Program-made: the position numbers and the translations under genes
Notes under the pieces: model-generated
The model's database searches: none
The model's input: the letters and a program-made list of their open reading frames with translations, nothing else
Told to the model about the DNA's origin: nothing
Origin: Hypanus sabinus
Taxonomy: Eukaryota
Direction: 5' to 3'
DNA length: 64,000 nt
NCBI RefSeq assembly: GCF_030144855.1
Contig: NC_082714.1
Span: forward strand, 94,612,001-94,676,000
Shown: positions 1 through 13,233 of the stretch, piece by piece
Position numbering within the stretch: the first letter of the stretch is position 1
Layout: every line of letters starts with the position of its first letter

Positions 1-1949
1 TGTTTCCTTATACGGTCTCTAAGGAGCTGCATTGCGATGCATCTGGCGCAGAGGATCAGCGTGTTTGTCGGATGTCTCACTCATCTTGTCCTGCTCAGCT
101 CCAGAGGTGACTTGCGGGATTCACAACAGAGATGGGTCAGCACAAAGAACCAGACCGTAACGTGCCAAGCAGTAAAACAGGTGCACCCACATACATAACA
201 GTATATCCATCAACGGGCATGAAGCAGGATTAGGAGATAGCGTTAAGCAGCATTGGATCTCGGGACAGAGTGCGACCGAGAGAGAGAGTGAGAGGAGAGC
301 AAGGGAACGCAAGAGGAGAGGGTGGATGGAGAGGGGAGAGTGAGACTAGGAGAGAGAGAATGGCAGACAAGCAGACATACAGCAGACGGATAGATACAGA
401 CAGATATAGGTGCAAGGGATGAATCATGGATGAAGAGAGAGAGAGATAAAGAAACAAACAGACGCAGGGGTGAACAGATGGATAGAGAGAGATACAGACC
501 GACAGAAATAATGGAAGGGATCACTGGGGACTGCAGACAGTGTTGTTGATTTCCAATGGTGACACCTATTTTGAAGGGGGAAAAAATCTGATGTAAGGAA
601 CAGCGCCACAAGATGGCCAAGTACATTTGGAGGGCTAATCGTGATAAATTTATGTATTGCTGTTTTAATGAAATGTATTACCTGTCAGGGAAATACAGTG
701 AAACCAAACAAATGGGCCCTTGTTCATGTCCGCACACTTAGCAAGGATCCCTTTGAAACGAATCGATATGCTCCAAGATCGAGGCCTCTACACCTCCTTG
801 TGCAACTGAATCCTCGATTTCCTTACTGGCAGACGTCAGTCTGTACGGATGGACAACAACATCTCTTCCACAATCGCATTCAGCATGAAACTCTTTCTTG
901 ATCCTAAACTGAGTATGTTTTTCCAAGATAAACCATAAGATCAGAAAACATGGGAGCAGGATCAGGACATTGTGCCCATCGAGTCCATCATAGTGATTGG
1001 CTTATTATCCTTCTCAATCCCATTCTACTGTAACCTTTGAAGCCCTCACTAATCAAGCCCCTGTTAACCCTCGCTCTAAATATATCCAATGACTTAGCCT
1101 ACACAGACATTTGTGGCAATGAATTCCATAGATTCAAACCCTCCTGGCAAAAGTAATTCTTCATCATCTGATTTCAAAATTGGACATTTGTATTTTCTGT
1201 GGCTCAGCCTCTATTCCTAGACTCCCTCACTATAGGAAACATACTCTTCACCACCAATTTATCGAGATATTTCAATATTCGATAAGTTGCAACGAGATCT
1301 CCTCCCCCTCCCCATCTACTATTTTAATCTCCAGCGGGTACAGGCTCATAGCCATCAAACATTCCTTATAGTTTAAACTTTAGTACCCAGGCTCATTCTT
1401 GTGAACCTCCTCTGCACGTTCTGCAATGACAGCGTGTCTTTCCTGAGATAAGGAAACATACTCAGTAATGCTAAGTAAGCCCACTGCTTCTTTTCTGCAC
1501 CGTAGTCATCTTCAAGTCGGATTCCCTGCTGATTGAATTCCTCCTTTAATGTCCAATATGGGCTCGTCTAGAACAGGAGTGTGCAGCCTCAGAATAGAGG
1601 GGCGTTCATTTAGAACAGAAAGGGGAAGGAATTTCTTTAGCCAGAGTGTGATAAATATGTGAAATTAATTGTCACAAGCGCTTTTTGAGGCCAAGCCATT
1701 GCGTATGTTCAAATTGGAGATTGATTCTTGATTAGGCTGCACGTCGAAGATTACGGGAGAAGGCAGGAAAATAGGGTTTGAAAAATGAATGGGGAAGTAG
1801 CCTCATTCAGCTCCTACGGCTTATGGTCTCATAACGCACTAAATGCAGCAGCCGCTTAAGCATAGCAGGATCCCAATGCAGCACCACCAATATGCCGATT
1901 GGTGAACAAGTGTAGGGGAGTCATGCAAAAGGTTATCGCAACCCTTCCA

Positions 1950-3300
1950 CCGTCAATACTGGGAACCACCCCCAACGCCGCTCAATGAACCGGCAGTGGA
2001 GTTTGGGGTTTAGGTGCTATCTTCCCCGGCAGTGGTGTGACTCCCAGCTGCCCTTGCTGCTGGCTTAGTGACAGCAGAGTTTTGCCATCGGTAGCCTTCG
2101 GAAAACCGCCTCATAGCACGCCGTTCCCCCAACACACTCCTTTCCACAGTTCAGCATCCCGTCTGGCAGTATACAGCGCTGAACCTATTGCTCTTTCCTC
2201 GGAGTAGTCGGAGTCCCTCCCGCAACTCCCACCCCCCACCCCCAGCAGCAAATTAAGCACATTCTCAGCAGTTGTGCAGAGATGGTTTTGTACTCATTTG
2301 GCCCACTGGGGGGTGGTACACTACCACAATAATTGACAGGCAGCCTCTCACAAGCCAGCCACTCCCTCTGCAGTGGCGGAAGAACCCTACACTGTGATCC
2401 TCCCATTCCGAACCCTGTGGTGTCTGTTCCGAGCTTCAGTGCGTCCCTTTGCATCTACTCCTGCAGCCTAGAATGTACCAGTTCTTTATCCTTGATTTGT
2501 TTGGACTGCGTTAAATGCATGGGTGCATATGAACACCAGCAGTATCCCCTTGGATCGGAGGAGTAAGTCTAGATAAAACGAGGACAGCAGATTTACTCCC
2601 AGTTCTCCCTCTCTATCTATCACTCGCCGCCTTCTGTAAGAAGGGTTATTGGAGGAAATGTAAAGGCGGTCTCCTTGTTTTTCTCGGAGCTGCTGGTGGA
2701 GAAGGCAGTCGCTTAAAGGGGTAATGTCCCTCCTCCATCCCAGCCGGTGCCCACTGCAAAATTGACTGGCTCGCTCTCAGGGGATAATCTCTTTAAAAAT
2801 CCTGCCGCCATTCTTTAAAATCGTCTCTCCACTCTGTCTGCATCCATGCCCGAATCAACGGTACCGTGTTGGCATTTCGGCAAGCCTCTCCTTCCCATAT
2901 AAAGGTCAGGGTCCTCCTTCAGTTGTTCCCTCACACTTGGCAGATGGTCTATCGCAATGGGACCACGGACTACTACAATTGTCAAGCAGGCTGCGAACCA
3001 AGTCATTGAAGAGAGATCCGAGGCAACTTAAAAAGGAGCTGTTTCGTTATGCAATGAAGTGAAAATCTTAACGAGGAAGACTCCAAATTCAGGAGTCCAT
3101 CTATACAAGAGTAGATAGAAGCTGCCCTTGGTCCTGGTGGTAGGCGCTTTCGGCGTTTGTATCGTCTACAAAGAAGAGCTAATGTCCATGGCGTATCGGG
3201 TCTCTGATTATGCCTTACTGGGGCTGGCTTCCGTGATTTGCTGATCTGCGTCCTCAATTCATTGTCGTTTCTTACGGCTACGTTTCGACGGGAGGAGATT
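1950..3300 (-). mobile_element. Possible degenerate retroviral gag remnant
   Basis: MHR-like VREQLKEDPDLYMGR, a decayed knuckle KGVCWG, and protease-proximal PVLTVEG. Confidence 0.3.
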
Positions 3301-5873
3301 TGCAGTGGGTGGGGGTTGTCTAGTAAGCTAGATCAGCCCATAGAATCCATTCCTGATGTCAAATGTCAAACTCACGGAGCGGTAGTCTTGAAATCATGCC
3401 AGTTTGTTTTTGTTTAGTACCAAATAGTTGTCAAGTCAAAGCAAGAGGGAACTACACCTCAATGCATGTGGAGGTTAAATATCCCTGTCAGTTGATCCGT
3501 ACAGGATTTAAGGTCATAGCCAAGGACACAATCCCGGACCAATGCATAAACTGGAAAGTGCTTAAAAGATGTCGCATAGACTTAGGAGAGGTTGTGTAGA
3601 CTAGGAACGTTAAAGATTGCAAAGTGACGCTATAGAGGTACATAAAATCAGGAGGGGTATCCACAAGGCGAAAGGACGTCGACTTCTTTTGTCAGAGAAC
3701 GCATGCTCAGAACTAAAGGACGGAGGTTTAATATCAGATGCGAGATATTTAAAACGAAAATCAGGACCACCTTTTCCATGCAAAGGGTGGCACGTATTTG
3801 GAAGAACCAGCTAGAAACAGTGATTGAGGCGCGTACGTTAACAAAATTTAAAAGCGATCAATCAAAGCAGAAGGGTTGGAGAGATTTGGCTTCAAAAGCG
3901 GACAGATGAGACTAGTTCGCTTTCAACACAGTGGGTATGCAGAGTTGGTCCGAAAGGCCTGTTTCCGCGCTCTATGACATCACGACGGCTTCTGAAAGAG
4001 ACACGGAAATTGTTTCTGGAGACCCAGTCCCAATTACCAAAGATTCAAAACAAAGGAGATTTGTGCAGGAGGTTGCTGTGATTAGGAACTAAATCCCAAA
4101 AGCACTGGAAGAATTTCAAAAAGTAGAATATTGTGCAAAATAGCACAGTAACATCCCCTTCGGCTCACATTGTGTTCGCCGAACACAGTGAAAAATTAAA
4201 CTAATTCTCGTCTGTCTGAACGTGACCTATGTTCAGTAATATTCATGTTTTTGGCGAACAAACTCTTAAACGCTACTGTTATAGACACAATAGGTTCTGC
4301 AGATGCTGGAAATCCAGAGTAACACACAAACAATGCGAGACGAAGTCAGCAGGCTAGGCAGCATCTGTGGAAAGGAATAATTAAACGTTGACTGGCTATT
4401 CCCCTCCATAGATGAGGCCAAAATGTTTGAGTTCGTCCAGCAATTTTGGTGTCATGTTTATACGCCACTATCGTATTTGCATCCAGTATCTCCCCTGACA
4501 GCCTGTACCAGGCACTAATCACTCTATGTGTAAAAAAAAACTTACCTTATATATCACATTTAAACTTCCTCCATCTCACCTTAAATCGTCTAGCATTAGA
4601 CATTGCCATGCCTCGGCCTCTCACTCTCTTTCAAACGTTGAGTGGGTCCTTCTCACCGTCCGACTCTCCTGAGTAAACAAGTAAAGTATCCACCCTCTCG
4701 ATATGCCTCATGCCGTCTAATCCAGGCAGAATCCTGGCAAACTTTCCAATGTGTCCGCATCCTGCCGGTAATGGGGCGCCCAGAAATGCACACAATACAA
4801 TCTGGAACGGCACACAAGCTTTAACCAGACTATAATACAGCTGCATTGTCACCCCGTCTCATATTGTCAATGCTCCGACCAATGAAGGCACGAATTAAAT
4901 ATGCATTATTTACTACCTTATCTACATGTGTTGTAAATTTCAATGAATTATGGACTTTGATCCCAAGATCCCACTGTACATTTATGATTTTAGTTGTCCT
5001 GCTATTAGCGGTATAGTTTCCCCTTATATTTGGCCACTTCCCTACCTCACACGTTTGCCCTGAATACATCAATCTCCAACACAAGAAAGTTTGCAGATGC
5101 TGGAAAAATGCTTAAAATGATGGTGGAATTCAGCAGACACGGTCACTCCTGGAGGAACACAACAGGCCAGGCAGCAACTATGGGAAAGTGTATAGTCGAC
5201 GTTTCGGGCAGTGGCCCATCAGCACGTTCCTGCACATGTTTTTATATGTGTATATGATGTGCTTTTCGACCAAAATAATAGATCCAATTAGCGCAATCGA
5301 ACACTCAATACAATTCAATCATTATTGTACCAAGGAACAGTGAAACAATATATTTTTTGCGTCCCATCTATACAGACTATTTAATCACATCAGTACAATT
5401 TCTGCTGATCGCTGGCTACACCATGCCATCCTCCTCACTCCACCGTCATCAATATTACACTTCACCCCTTCCTCCTTAACCTGCCTATCCAGCCGCAGTG
5501 CCCACTTTGCGGTTTTCAGGGGAAAAGTTAAACTGAAGACCATCTATCCATTGCCACTACACAGAGAAAAAGAGAAAGCAATCTATCGTGAGCTGTCAAC
5601 ATTACATAGCCTATCTATGGGAGCTTTTAGTGTAAATATTGGAGAGTGCCAATCCGTTTGGTTAAACGTGCTGGAGGCATGGGACATGATGGAAGAGTAT
5701 GTTTTGTTATTGATAAAACTCATTGGGAAGGGAGTTCATATGCTTTCTTTGAATAGTTTTTCCTAACTTTCCAACCTCAGCGGTTCGCTTTAAAGACCGT
5801 AAGACACGGGAGCCGAAGTAGGCCATTCGTCCCAGAGACTGCTACGCCATTCCATCGTGGCTGAATATTTTCT

Positions 5874-6935
5874 TGTACGTTGGGAACGGACCCAAATTCA
5901 AGACACAGACACTGAACTACAAGGAACAGGACTAGGCGTGAGAAGGAAGCAAGGAAAGTAGGGAAGAAACGACCCTGGACATGAAACAGGTCCTTAGCGA
6001 GAAAGGATTCAGTGCTTGGGCTAAGATTTGACATAGCGGACTGGACGTGAGACTCCTGGACAGGACTAGGGAGCCCCAGCACCGAGCTGGGAAAATTACT
6101 CCCTGGCTGGGCAAGGCACATGGACAAGACGAGAACACAAAGCCGTGGCTTGGACAGGACAAGGACGTGGCTAGGACTGGATGAGACCCCGAAGCTTTGT
6201 TCGAGGAAGAGACAGGAACGCGGAGTCCTGGTGGAGGGAGAGATAGGAACGCAGAGCCTTGGTCGAGGAAGAGACAGGAGCGCAGAGCCTTGGAAACTGG
6301 ACATCGGACCTCGAGTCATTATGCAGAACACAGAGCCGGGTCCCTTCTTTGGCTACAGGACGTAGGACCAGGACTCATTACACAGAATGCAGAATACGAC
6401 GAGATGGTTACCAACATAAGACAGCAGATGGTCGGACCTACCTAGCGAAGGCGTGGATACAGACAGTTCTTAACAGTAGGTGGCGGCAAACGGCCGGACA
6501 TAGCTCACGAATGCGTGGACACAGAGACAGTTCAAAACAACGGAAGACAGTTCCTTATCTTGCTCCGGTGTTCGAACTTCACAGCAGTGAAGGCAAGGTT
6601 TACAGGCGAGGCGATGCTCCAAGCGAGAAAAGCAAGGTTCCAAGTGAGGAAAGGCGAGGCAAGACAAGGCTCCAGGCGTGGCAATGAGAGGCAAAACAAA
6701 GCTCCAGGCGAGGCAAGGCGAGACTCCAGGAGGAAGGTGAAGTGAAGGGATACAGAAAGGGGGTTTGGACAAGAACAATCCAGCAGCCAGAGGGTGAATC
6801 CTGAAGCTATTTATGAAGCCAGCCCAAAAGAGAATCAGCTGCCTCTAAAGAAACTGGGGAAACCTGGAAAACCTGGAATAAGGGAAGCACTCGACCGTGA
6901 ACCGTAATACGGATTTATCGGACCGGACCATGACA
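5874..6935 (-). mobile_element. Solo LTR (Gypsy-like) with AGGCAAGGC microrepeats, inserted in a CR1 3' end
   Basis: Reverse strand starts TGTCATGGTCCGGTCC, near-TSD TTTCT/TTTCC, homologous to 26112-27403. Confidence 0.75.
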
Positions 6936-7739
6936 TTTCCCACTCAAACCCATTCTCCTGTCTTCTCTCCATAACCTTTAAAAACCCTTCCAAGTCAATA
7001 ACTCATCATTCTTCTCTTTAAGTATACCCAGTGACTTGGTCTTCACAGCCTCCTATAGCAATGGGTTCCACAGATTGACCACCCTCTGGCTAAAGAAATT
7101 CAAAGAAACGTAGAAACTTAAAAGACCCGGAGCACAATGCAAGCTTTTCGGCCCAAAAAGCTGTGGCGAACATGTCCTTACCTGAGAACTACCTAGGCCT
7201 ACCCATAGCCCTCTATTTTTCTATACTCCCTGTATCCATCCAGGAATCTCTTAAAAAAGACACTATCGTTTCTGCGTTTTTCCTCCTTTTTTGTGTTCTA
7301 AAGGGACTTTCCCCTATTGGGAAGCTGCGCTTTTTAGTCCTATGCAATCTCTTTCTTCGAAAGATACTCTTTACCTACGCCTTAAAATATTCGATCATTT
7401 TCAGTGAGATCCTTCTCCTTCCCCGCCTCATTCCTCTAAACTCCAGCGAGAATATCAGCCCAGAACAAGGGTCTCGGCCCGAAACGTCGACAGTGCTTCT
7501 TATAGATGCTGCCTTGCCTGCTGTGTTCAATTAGTATTTTGTGTGTGTTGCAAAAACCATCAATGCTCCTTCTGTTAATACTTTCATTCGTGGATTCATT
7601 CTCGTGAACCTCCTCCGGACCATCCCCAATGCCAGCACGTTCTTTCATCGATATGGGTGCTCAAATGACTCTAAGTGATGCTTCACCAATGCGTTCCAAA
7701 TCCTCAGCGTTACATCGTTGCTTTTTTATGTACGCTGAT

Positions 7740-8228
7740 TGCGAAAGAAAATATTAAGGCCTTACATTGTAATGGGGATTGAGAGGATAATGATTTGTTT
7801 TAAAATGTGTATTTGTAGTCTACAATTTTATCTGTAACGAATGTACTCTCTGTGACTGAAATGTGCCTCGGAAACGAGATAAAAATATAACTGTGTCTTT
7901 ACTTCCTTGTTCTGAGAATTTTCATATGTCACCAGTTGAGCTAGCTTGCCTGATATATATATTTTGAGCACTGACATTTAAGTAAAATGTGCAGCTGCAC
8001 AATGAAATATTACTGTTACATCTCTATTCGGTAGAATTGCTGGAGTTCCTCCTTCAGGTTTAAGTGCTTTTTGCCATATATGTTTGGGATGTCAATGTGA
8101 CTGTAATAAGCAGAACCGAGGTACTCCGCTTTTAGGAGCCTGTGCTCTCCGTAATATCTTGTTAAAAGAAAGATTTCTGAAACAGATGCTCTCTGAGCTC
8201 AACCGATCTATAATACTTTTCCGCGATA
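7740..8228 (+). repeat. ERV 5' LTR
   Basis: Aligns along its length with 20318-20792 but is clearly diverged. Confidence 0.8.
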
Positions 8229-8229
8229 A

Positions 8230-8247
8230 TTGGCGATGGGAATGGGA
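8230..8247 (+). promoter_or_regulatory. ERV primer-binding site, tRNA-Ser-like
   Basis: TGGCGATGGGAATGGGAT matches the recalled tRNA-Ser PBS TGGCGACGAGGATGGGAT at 15/18, with transitions only. Confidence 0.55.
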
Positions 8248-8397
8248 TCCTCTTTGTATCCTAACGCCTTTCCAGCTGGGAAGGATTATCGGACGGTTAC
8301 TACTCCAGCAGGATCCCTGAAAAAAAAGGAACACTAGGCAGAAAAGGAAAATCAGTCTCCTAGCTGGAGGAGGGGGCGGGGGGGGGGAGTCCGATGG

Positions 8398-8935
8398 CCT
8401 GTATCCTAGCTGAAAGGGGACGGCAGGCGTCCGGAGGCGCAGTTGAACAGGGGGTGGCCGTTGAAATTTAGGCCTGTCTCCAAGCTGAAAAGGAAAGACT
8501 GGCGTCCTGCATCCTAGCTGAAAGGCGGATGGTCGGTGTCCGGTGCCCCATCTGAAAGGGGGTGGCCTTTACGATTTAGGCCTGCTTCTTAGCTGAAAGC
8601 GGGAGACAGGCGTCCTGCGTCCTAGCTGAAAGGGAGACGGCAGGCTTCCGGTGCCACAGCTGAAAGGGAGGTGGCCGTTGATACTTAGGCCTGTCTCCAA
8701 GCGGAAACGGAAAGACAGGCGCCCTGCGTCCGAGCTGAAAGGTGGATGGTAAATGTCCGGTGCCCCATATGAAAGGGGGATGGCCTTTGAAATTTAGTCC
8801 TGTCTCTTAGCTGAAAGGGGGAGACAGGCGTCCTGCGTCCTAGCTGAAAGGGGGCCGGCAGGCGTCTGATGCTACAGCTGAAAGGGAGTGACCATTGAAA
8901 TTTGGGCCTGTCTCCTAGCTGAGAGGGGGACGGCC
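8398..8935 (+). repeat. Five ~108-bp tandem repeats in the ERV leader
   Basis: Units start at 8398, 8506, 8614, 8723 and 8832. Each contains three AGCTGAAAGG-like submotifs. Confidence 0.85.
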
Positions 8936-9089
8936 GTAAAAGTTAAGGTAGCAAACGATTCATGATAACAGGATCAAATGGACATCTGCGGAAATCTGAA
9001 AACACACCAGTGAGCGTTCATTTTTTACATGGTGTGCATAAAGAGACTTCGTGCTGTCTTAACTGAAATTAAAATCCTAAACAGGAAAA

Positions 9090-9290
9090 ATGGGAAGTGC
9101 GAACAGTCGTGCGGGTAGCGCTGATCCTACTAATAAACAGAAAAGTTCCGGAGGTAAGACGAAGGCTGTGAACACCCAACTCCAAGTAGGAACAAAAAGA
9201 GAAAACCGCCAAAACGATTAAAAAGATAGAACGGCACCACCAGAAAATCGGAGACCCCTTAGTCCCGCCTGGATCCCCAGCGATGTGGTA
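9090..9290 (+). pseudogene. gag: ERV gag N-terminal remnant
   Basis: MGSANS fits the MGxxxS myristoylation consensus, lies downstream of the PBS and leader, and is truncated by CR1. Confidence 0.45.
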
Positions 9291-9536
9291 ATCAAAGAGA
9301 TTGGAGATGATCGTTAAGCGGGACAGTGCTAGGGCACTGGAGCTGCAGCTCTATGACCTTTGTCTGGTCAGGGAGAGTGAGGAGTTGATAGAGAGGAGTT
9401 AAAGGCAGGTGGTCACACCGGGGCCACGGTAGTCAGACAGGTGGGTCAAGGTTAGGAGAGGTAAGGGGAAGAGTCAGGTACTAGAGAGTACCTCAGTGGC
9501 TGTACCCCCTAACAAAAAGTACTCCTGTTTGAGTAC

Positions 9537-9704
9537 TCATGAGGAAATCTGCAGATGCTGGAAAATCAAACAACACGCACAAAATCTAGTGGAACACAGC
9601 AGGCCAGGCAGCATCAGGACGAAGGGTCTCGGCCCGAAACATCGACAGTGCTTCTCCCTACTGATGCTGCCTGGCCTGCTGTGTTCCACCAATATTTTGT
9701 GTGT
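9537..9704. mobile_element. Penelope-derived hairpin element with target-site duplication
   Basis: Perfect 27-bp inverted repeat GGAACACAGCAGGCCAGGCAGCATCAG. 13-bp TSD CCT(G/A)TTTGAGTAC at 9524-9536 and 9705-9717. Confidence 0.75.
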
Positions 9705-12464
9705 CCTATTTGAGTACCGTTGCGGAAGACAGACTACCTGGGGGAAGCAACAGTGGCCGTGCCTCCGGCACAGAGTCCTGTCCTGTAGTTCAGAAGGGTA
9801 GGGAAAGGAAAAGAAAGGCAGTCGTATTAGGGAACTCGATAGTTAGGGGGTCATATAGGCGATTCTGTGTTCGCAGTCAGGAGACCCAGATGGTAGTTTG
9901 ACTCCCTGGTGCGAGGGTCCAGGATATTTCTGATCGCGTCTAAGATATCCTGAAGTGGGAGGGTGAGGAGCCAGAGGTTGTGGTACATATTGGTACCAAT
10001 AACATAGGTAGGAAAAGGGAAGAGGTCCTGAAAGAAGAATATAGGAAGTTAGGTAGGGAGTTGGGAAGAAGGACAGCAAAGGTAGTAATCTCGGGATTAC
10101 TCGATTAATCTCGGGGTAGTAATCTCGACAGTAAGAGTGGGATTGGAATGAGGTGGAGGATAAATGCGTGGCTGAGGGATAACAGCAGGGTGAAAGCATT
10201 TAATTTTCTGGATTATTGGGACCTCTTTTGGGGCAGGTGTGACTTGTACAAAAAGGACAGGATGCACTTAAATCCTAAGGGGACCAATATCCTGGCGGGG
10301 AGATTTGCGAAGGCTACTAGGGAGAATTTAATCTAGCATGGTTGGGGGTGGTAATCAAATTGAAGAGACTAGGAGAGAGGAGGTTCTTTCATAAATAGAG
10401 AAAGCTAATAGACAGTGTTTGAGAGAGGAGAGGCAGGTGACAGAGAAAGGGAGCGCTCAGACTGAAGATACAGGGGAGAAGGAAGAAAAAGATAATAAAG
10501 TTGTTTGCACCGTTAGGGATAAACAGAGAGTAAAGAGGTGGAGAGTTTCTTTAATTCATCTATTTTAATGATAGGGCATTGTAAAAAGGTGGATGAGCTT
10601 AGAGCATGGATTGATACCTGGAAATATGAAGTTGTAGCTATTGGTGAAACATGGCTGCAGGAGGGGTGTAATTGGCAACTAAATATTCCTGGGCTTCGTT
10701 GCTTCAGCTGTGATAGAATCGGAGGGGTAAGGGAGGGGGTTTGCATTGCTTGTCAGAGTAAATATTACAGCGGTGCTTTGGCAGGATAGATTAGGGGGCT
10801 CATCTAGGGAGACTATTAGGGTGGAATTGTAGAATGGGAAATGTATAGTAACACTTATAGGGGTATATTACAGACCACCTAAGTGGAAGCGAGAATTGGA
10901 GGAGCAAATTTGTAAAAAGATAGCAGACATTGTAGTAAGCACAAGGTTGTGATTGTGGAAGATTTCAATTTTCCACACATGGAAGCCCATTCTGTAAAAG
11001 GGCTGGATGGTTTGGAGTTTCTAAAATGTGTGCAGGATTGTACATAGAGATACCAAATAGAGTAGTGGCAGTGTTGGAAGTCCGGTTAGGGAATGAGATG
11101 GGTCAGGTGACAGAGCACTTTGGGTCCAGTGACCACAACGGCATTACTCTCAATATAATTATGGAGAAGGATAGGACTGGACCCGGGGTTGAGATTTTTG
11201 ATTGGAGAAAGGCTAACATTGATGAGATGCGAAAGGATTTAGAGGGATTGGATTGGGACAGTTTGTTTTATGCAAAATATATAATAGAGAAATGGAGGTC
11301 ATTTCAAGGTGAAATATTGAGGGTACAGAAACTTTAATTTCCTGTTAGGTTGAAAGGAAAGTTTAAGAGTTTGAGATAGCCATGGTTTTGAAGGGATATT
11401 GGAAATTTGCTTCGGAAAACGAGAGAGATCTAGAACAAATATAGGCAGCATGGAGTAAATTAGATGGTTGAGGAATATAACGAATGTAAAATGAATCTTA
11501 AGAAAGAAATTAGAAAAGCTAAAATAAGATATGGTGTTGCTTTGTCAAGTAAGGTGAAAATAAATCCAATGGGTTTTTACAGTTATATTGATAGCAAAAG
11601 GATACTGAGGGATAAAATTGCTCCCTTAGAGAATCAGAGTGGACAGCTATGTGTGGATCCAAAAGTGATGGGGGAGATTCTGAGCAACTTATTTTTCTCA
11701 GTATTCACTAAGGGGACAATACTTAATTGTGTAAGGTAAGGGAAATAAGTAGGGTAGTTATGTAAATTATGATGATTAAAGAAAAGGAAGTACTGGCGTT
11801 TTAAAAGGATATAAAAGAGGGTAAGCCATCGGTTCCTGACAGGACGTTCCCTAGGATCTTGAGGAAGTTAGTGTAGAAATAGCAGGGACTCTGAGAGAAA
11901 TATTTCAAATGTCATTAGAAACGGGGATGGTGCCGGAGCACTGGCGTATTTCTCATGTGGTTCCATTGTTTAAAAAGGGTTCTAAGAGTAAACCTAGCAA
12001 TTATCAGTCTGTAGGTTTGACGTCAGTGGTAGATAAAATAATGGAAAGTATTCTTAGTGATGGTATATATAATTATCTGGATAGACTGTGTCTGATAAGG
12101 AACAGTCAACATGGATTTGTGCGTGGAAGGTCACGTTTGACAAATCTTATTGAAGTTTCTGAAGAGGTTACTAGGAAAGTTGACGGGGGTAAAGCAGTGG
12201 ATGTTGTCTATATGGACTTCAGTAAGGCCTTTGACAAGATTCCGCACGGAAGGGTGGTTAGGAAGGTTCAATCGTTAGGTATTAATATTGAAGTAGTGAA
12301 ATGGATTCAACAGTGGGAGATGCCAGAGAGCCGTGGTGGATAACTGTTTGTCAGGATGGAGGCCGGTGACTAGTGGTGTGCCTCAGGGATCGATACTCGG
12401 TCCAATGCTGTTTGTCATATGCATTGATGATCTGGATGATGGGGTGGAAAACTGGATTAGTAAG

Positions 12465-13162
12465 TGTAACCCCCTGGGTCGCCTCAGGCTCGCTCAGCTC
12501 GTTCTCGTCTAGGGGGAGCAGCCTTCGGCCCCACCAAACTGGGTAATCAGCTTGTGTGGATGCTGTGTGATGTCCCCGCCTCGCCAAATAACAAACACGA
12601 CACCATATGCGATTAAATGATTACAATTTATAAAGATTACTATAACTGATTAATAACCATACAGTATATATGAACGAAAAGAAAATAACGAAAAGGCGCC
12701 AAACTTATCAAAGTCCAAACCACTTCGTGAACAACCGTTGGAGCTCAATCACTGAAGTCTTCTGCCCACCATTCGATCCCCTCCGAACTCCTCGACTCGC
12801 AGCTCAGGACCATCCGAAGTGGTCAACCAAGCACATCTGGCTTCATCTTCTCTCCTCGGGGTACCTCCTGGCCTTGGATCCCTGCTTGGGGTCCGTTCCT
12901 CGCCCAGTTTACAGCATCGCGTTCACTCTCTCTCACCCCCTGGCGCCGAATCCCCAAAAGCCCGCCAACAATAGCTTAGACTCAGAAGAAAGAACAACAT
13001 TAATCCCAATTGGTTTACAAAGGAATGCAATTCTCGTTATCAGTAAATTTTAACCCAAACAAGCTTCCAGCACTCTCTCGCAATAAAGAAGCATTCCTAC
13101 TTTTAATAAAACAAAGAGGCCATTTTGATTAACATACGTAGTAACAAAGAAAAAGAAGTACA
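12465..13162 (-). mobile_element. Gypsy solo LTR, antisense
   Basis: Reverse complement of LTR 16088-16766, TG..CA ends, TAAG TSD (12461-12464 / 13163-13166). Confidence 0.88.
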
Positions 13163-13233
13163 TAAGTATGCAGATTATAATAAGATAGGTGGCGTTGTGG
13201 ATAATGATTTAGATTTTCAAAGCTTGAAGACAG

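Noticed and set aside
121-626. Leu/Ser-rich ORFs, also at 22007-22254, 24767-25042, 31309-31553 and 54103-54398
   Set aside because: They are translations of GA/CT, TTA or GT simple repeats.
5777-6778. ORFs of 100-184 aa, also at 26104-27427
   Set aside because: They arise from low-complexity repeats inside solo LTRs and are open on both strands.
8398-8935. CRISPR-like appearance of regularly spaced repeats
   Set aside because: The context is eukaryotic, the intervening sequences are themselves repeated rather than unique spacers, and there are no cas genes.
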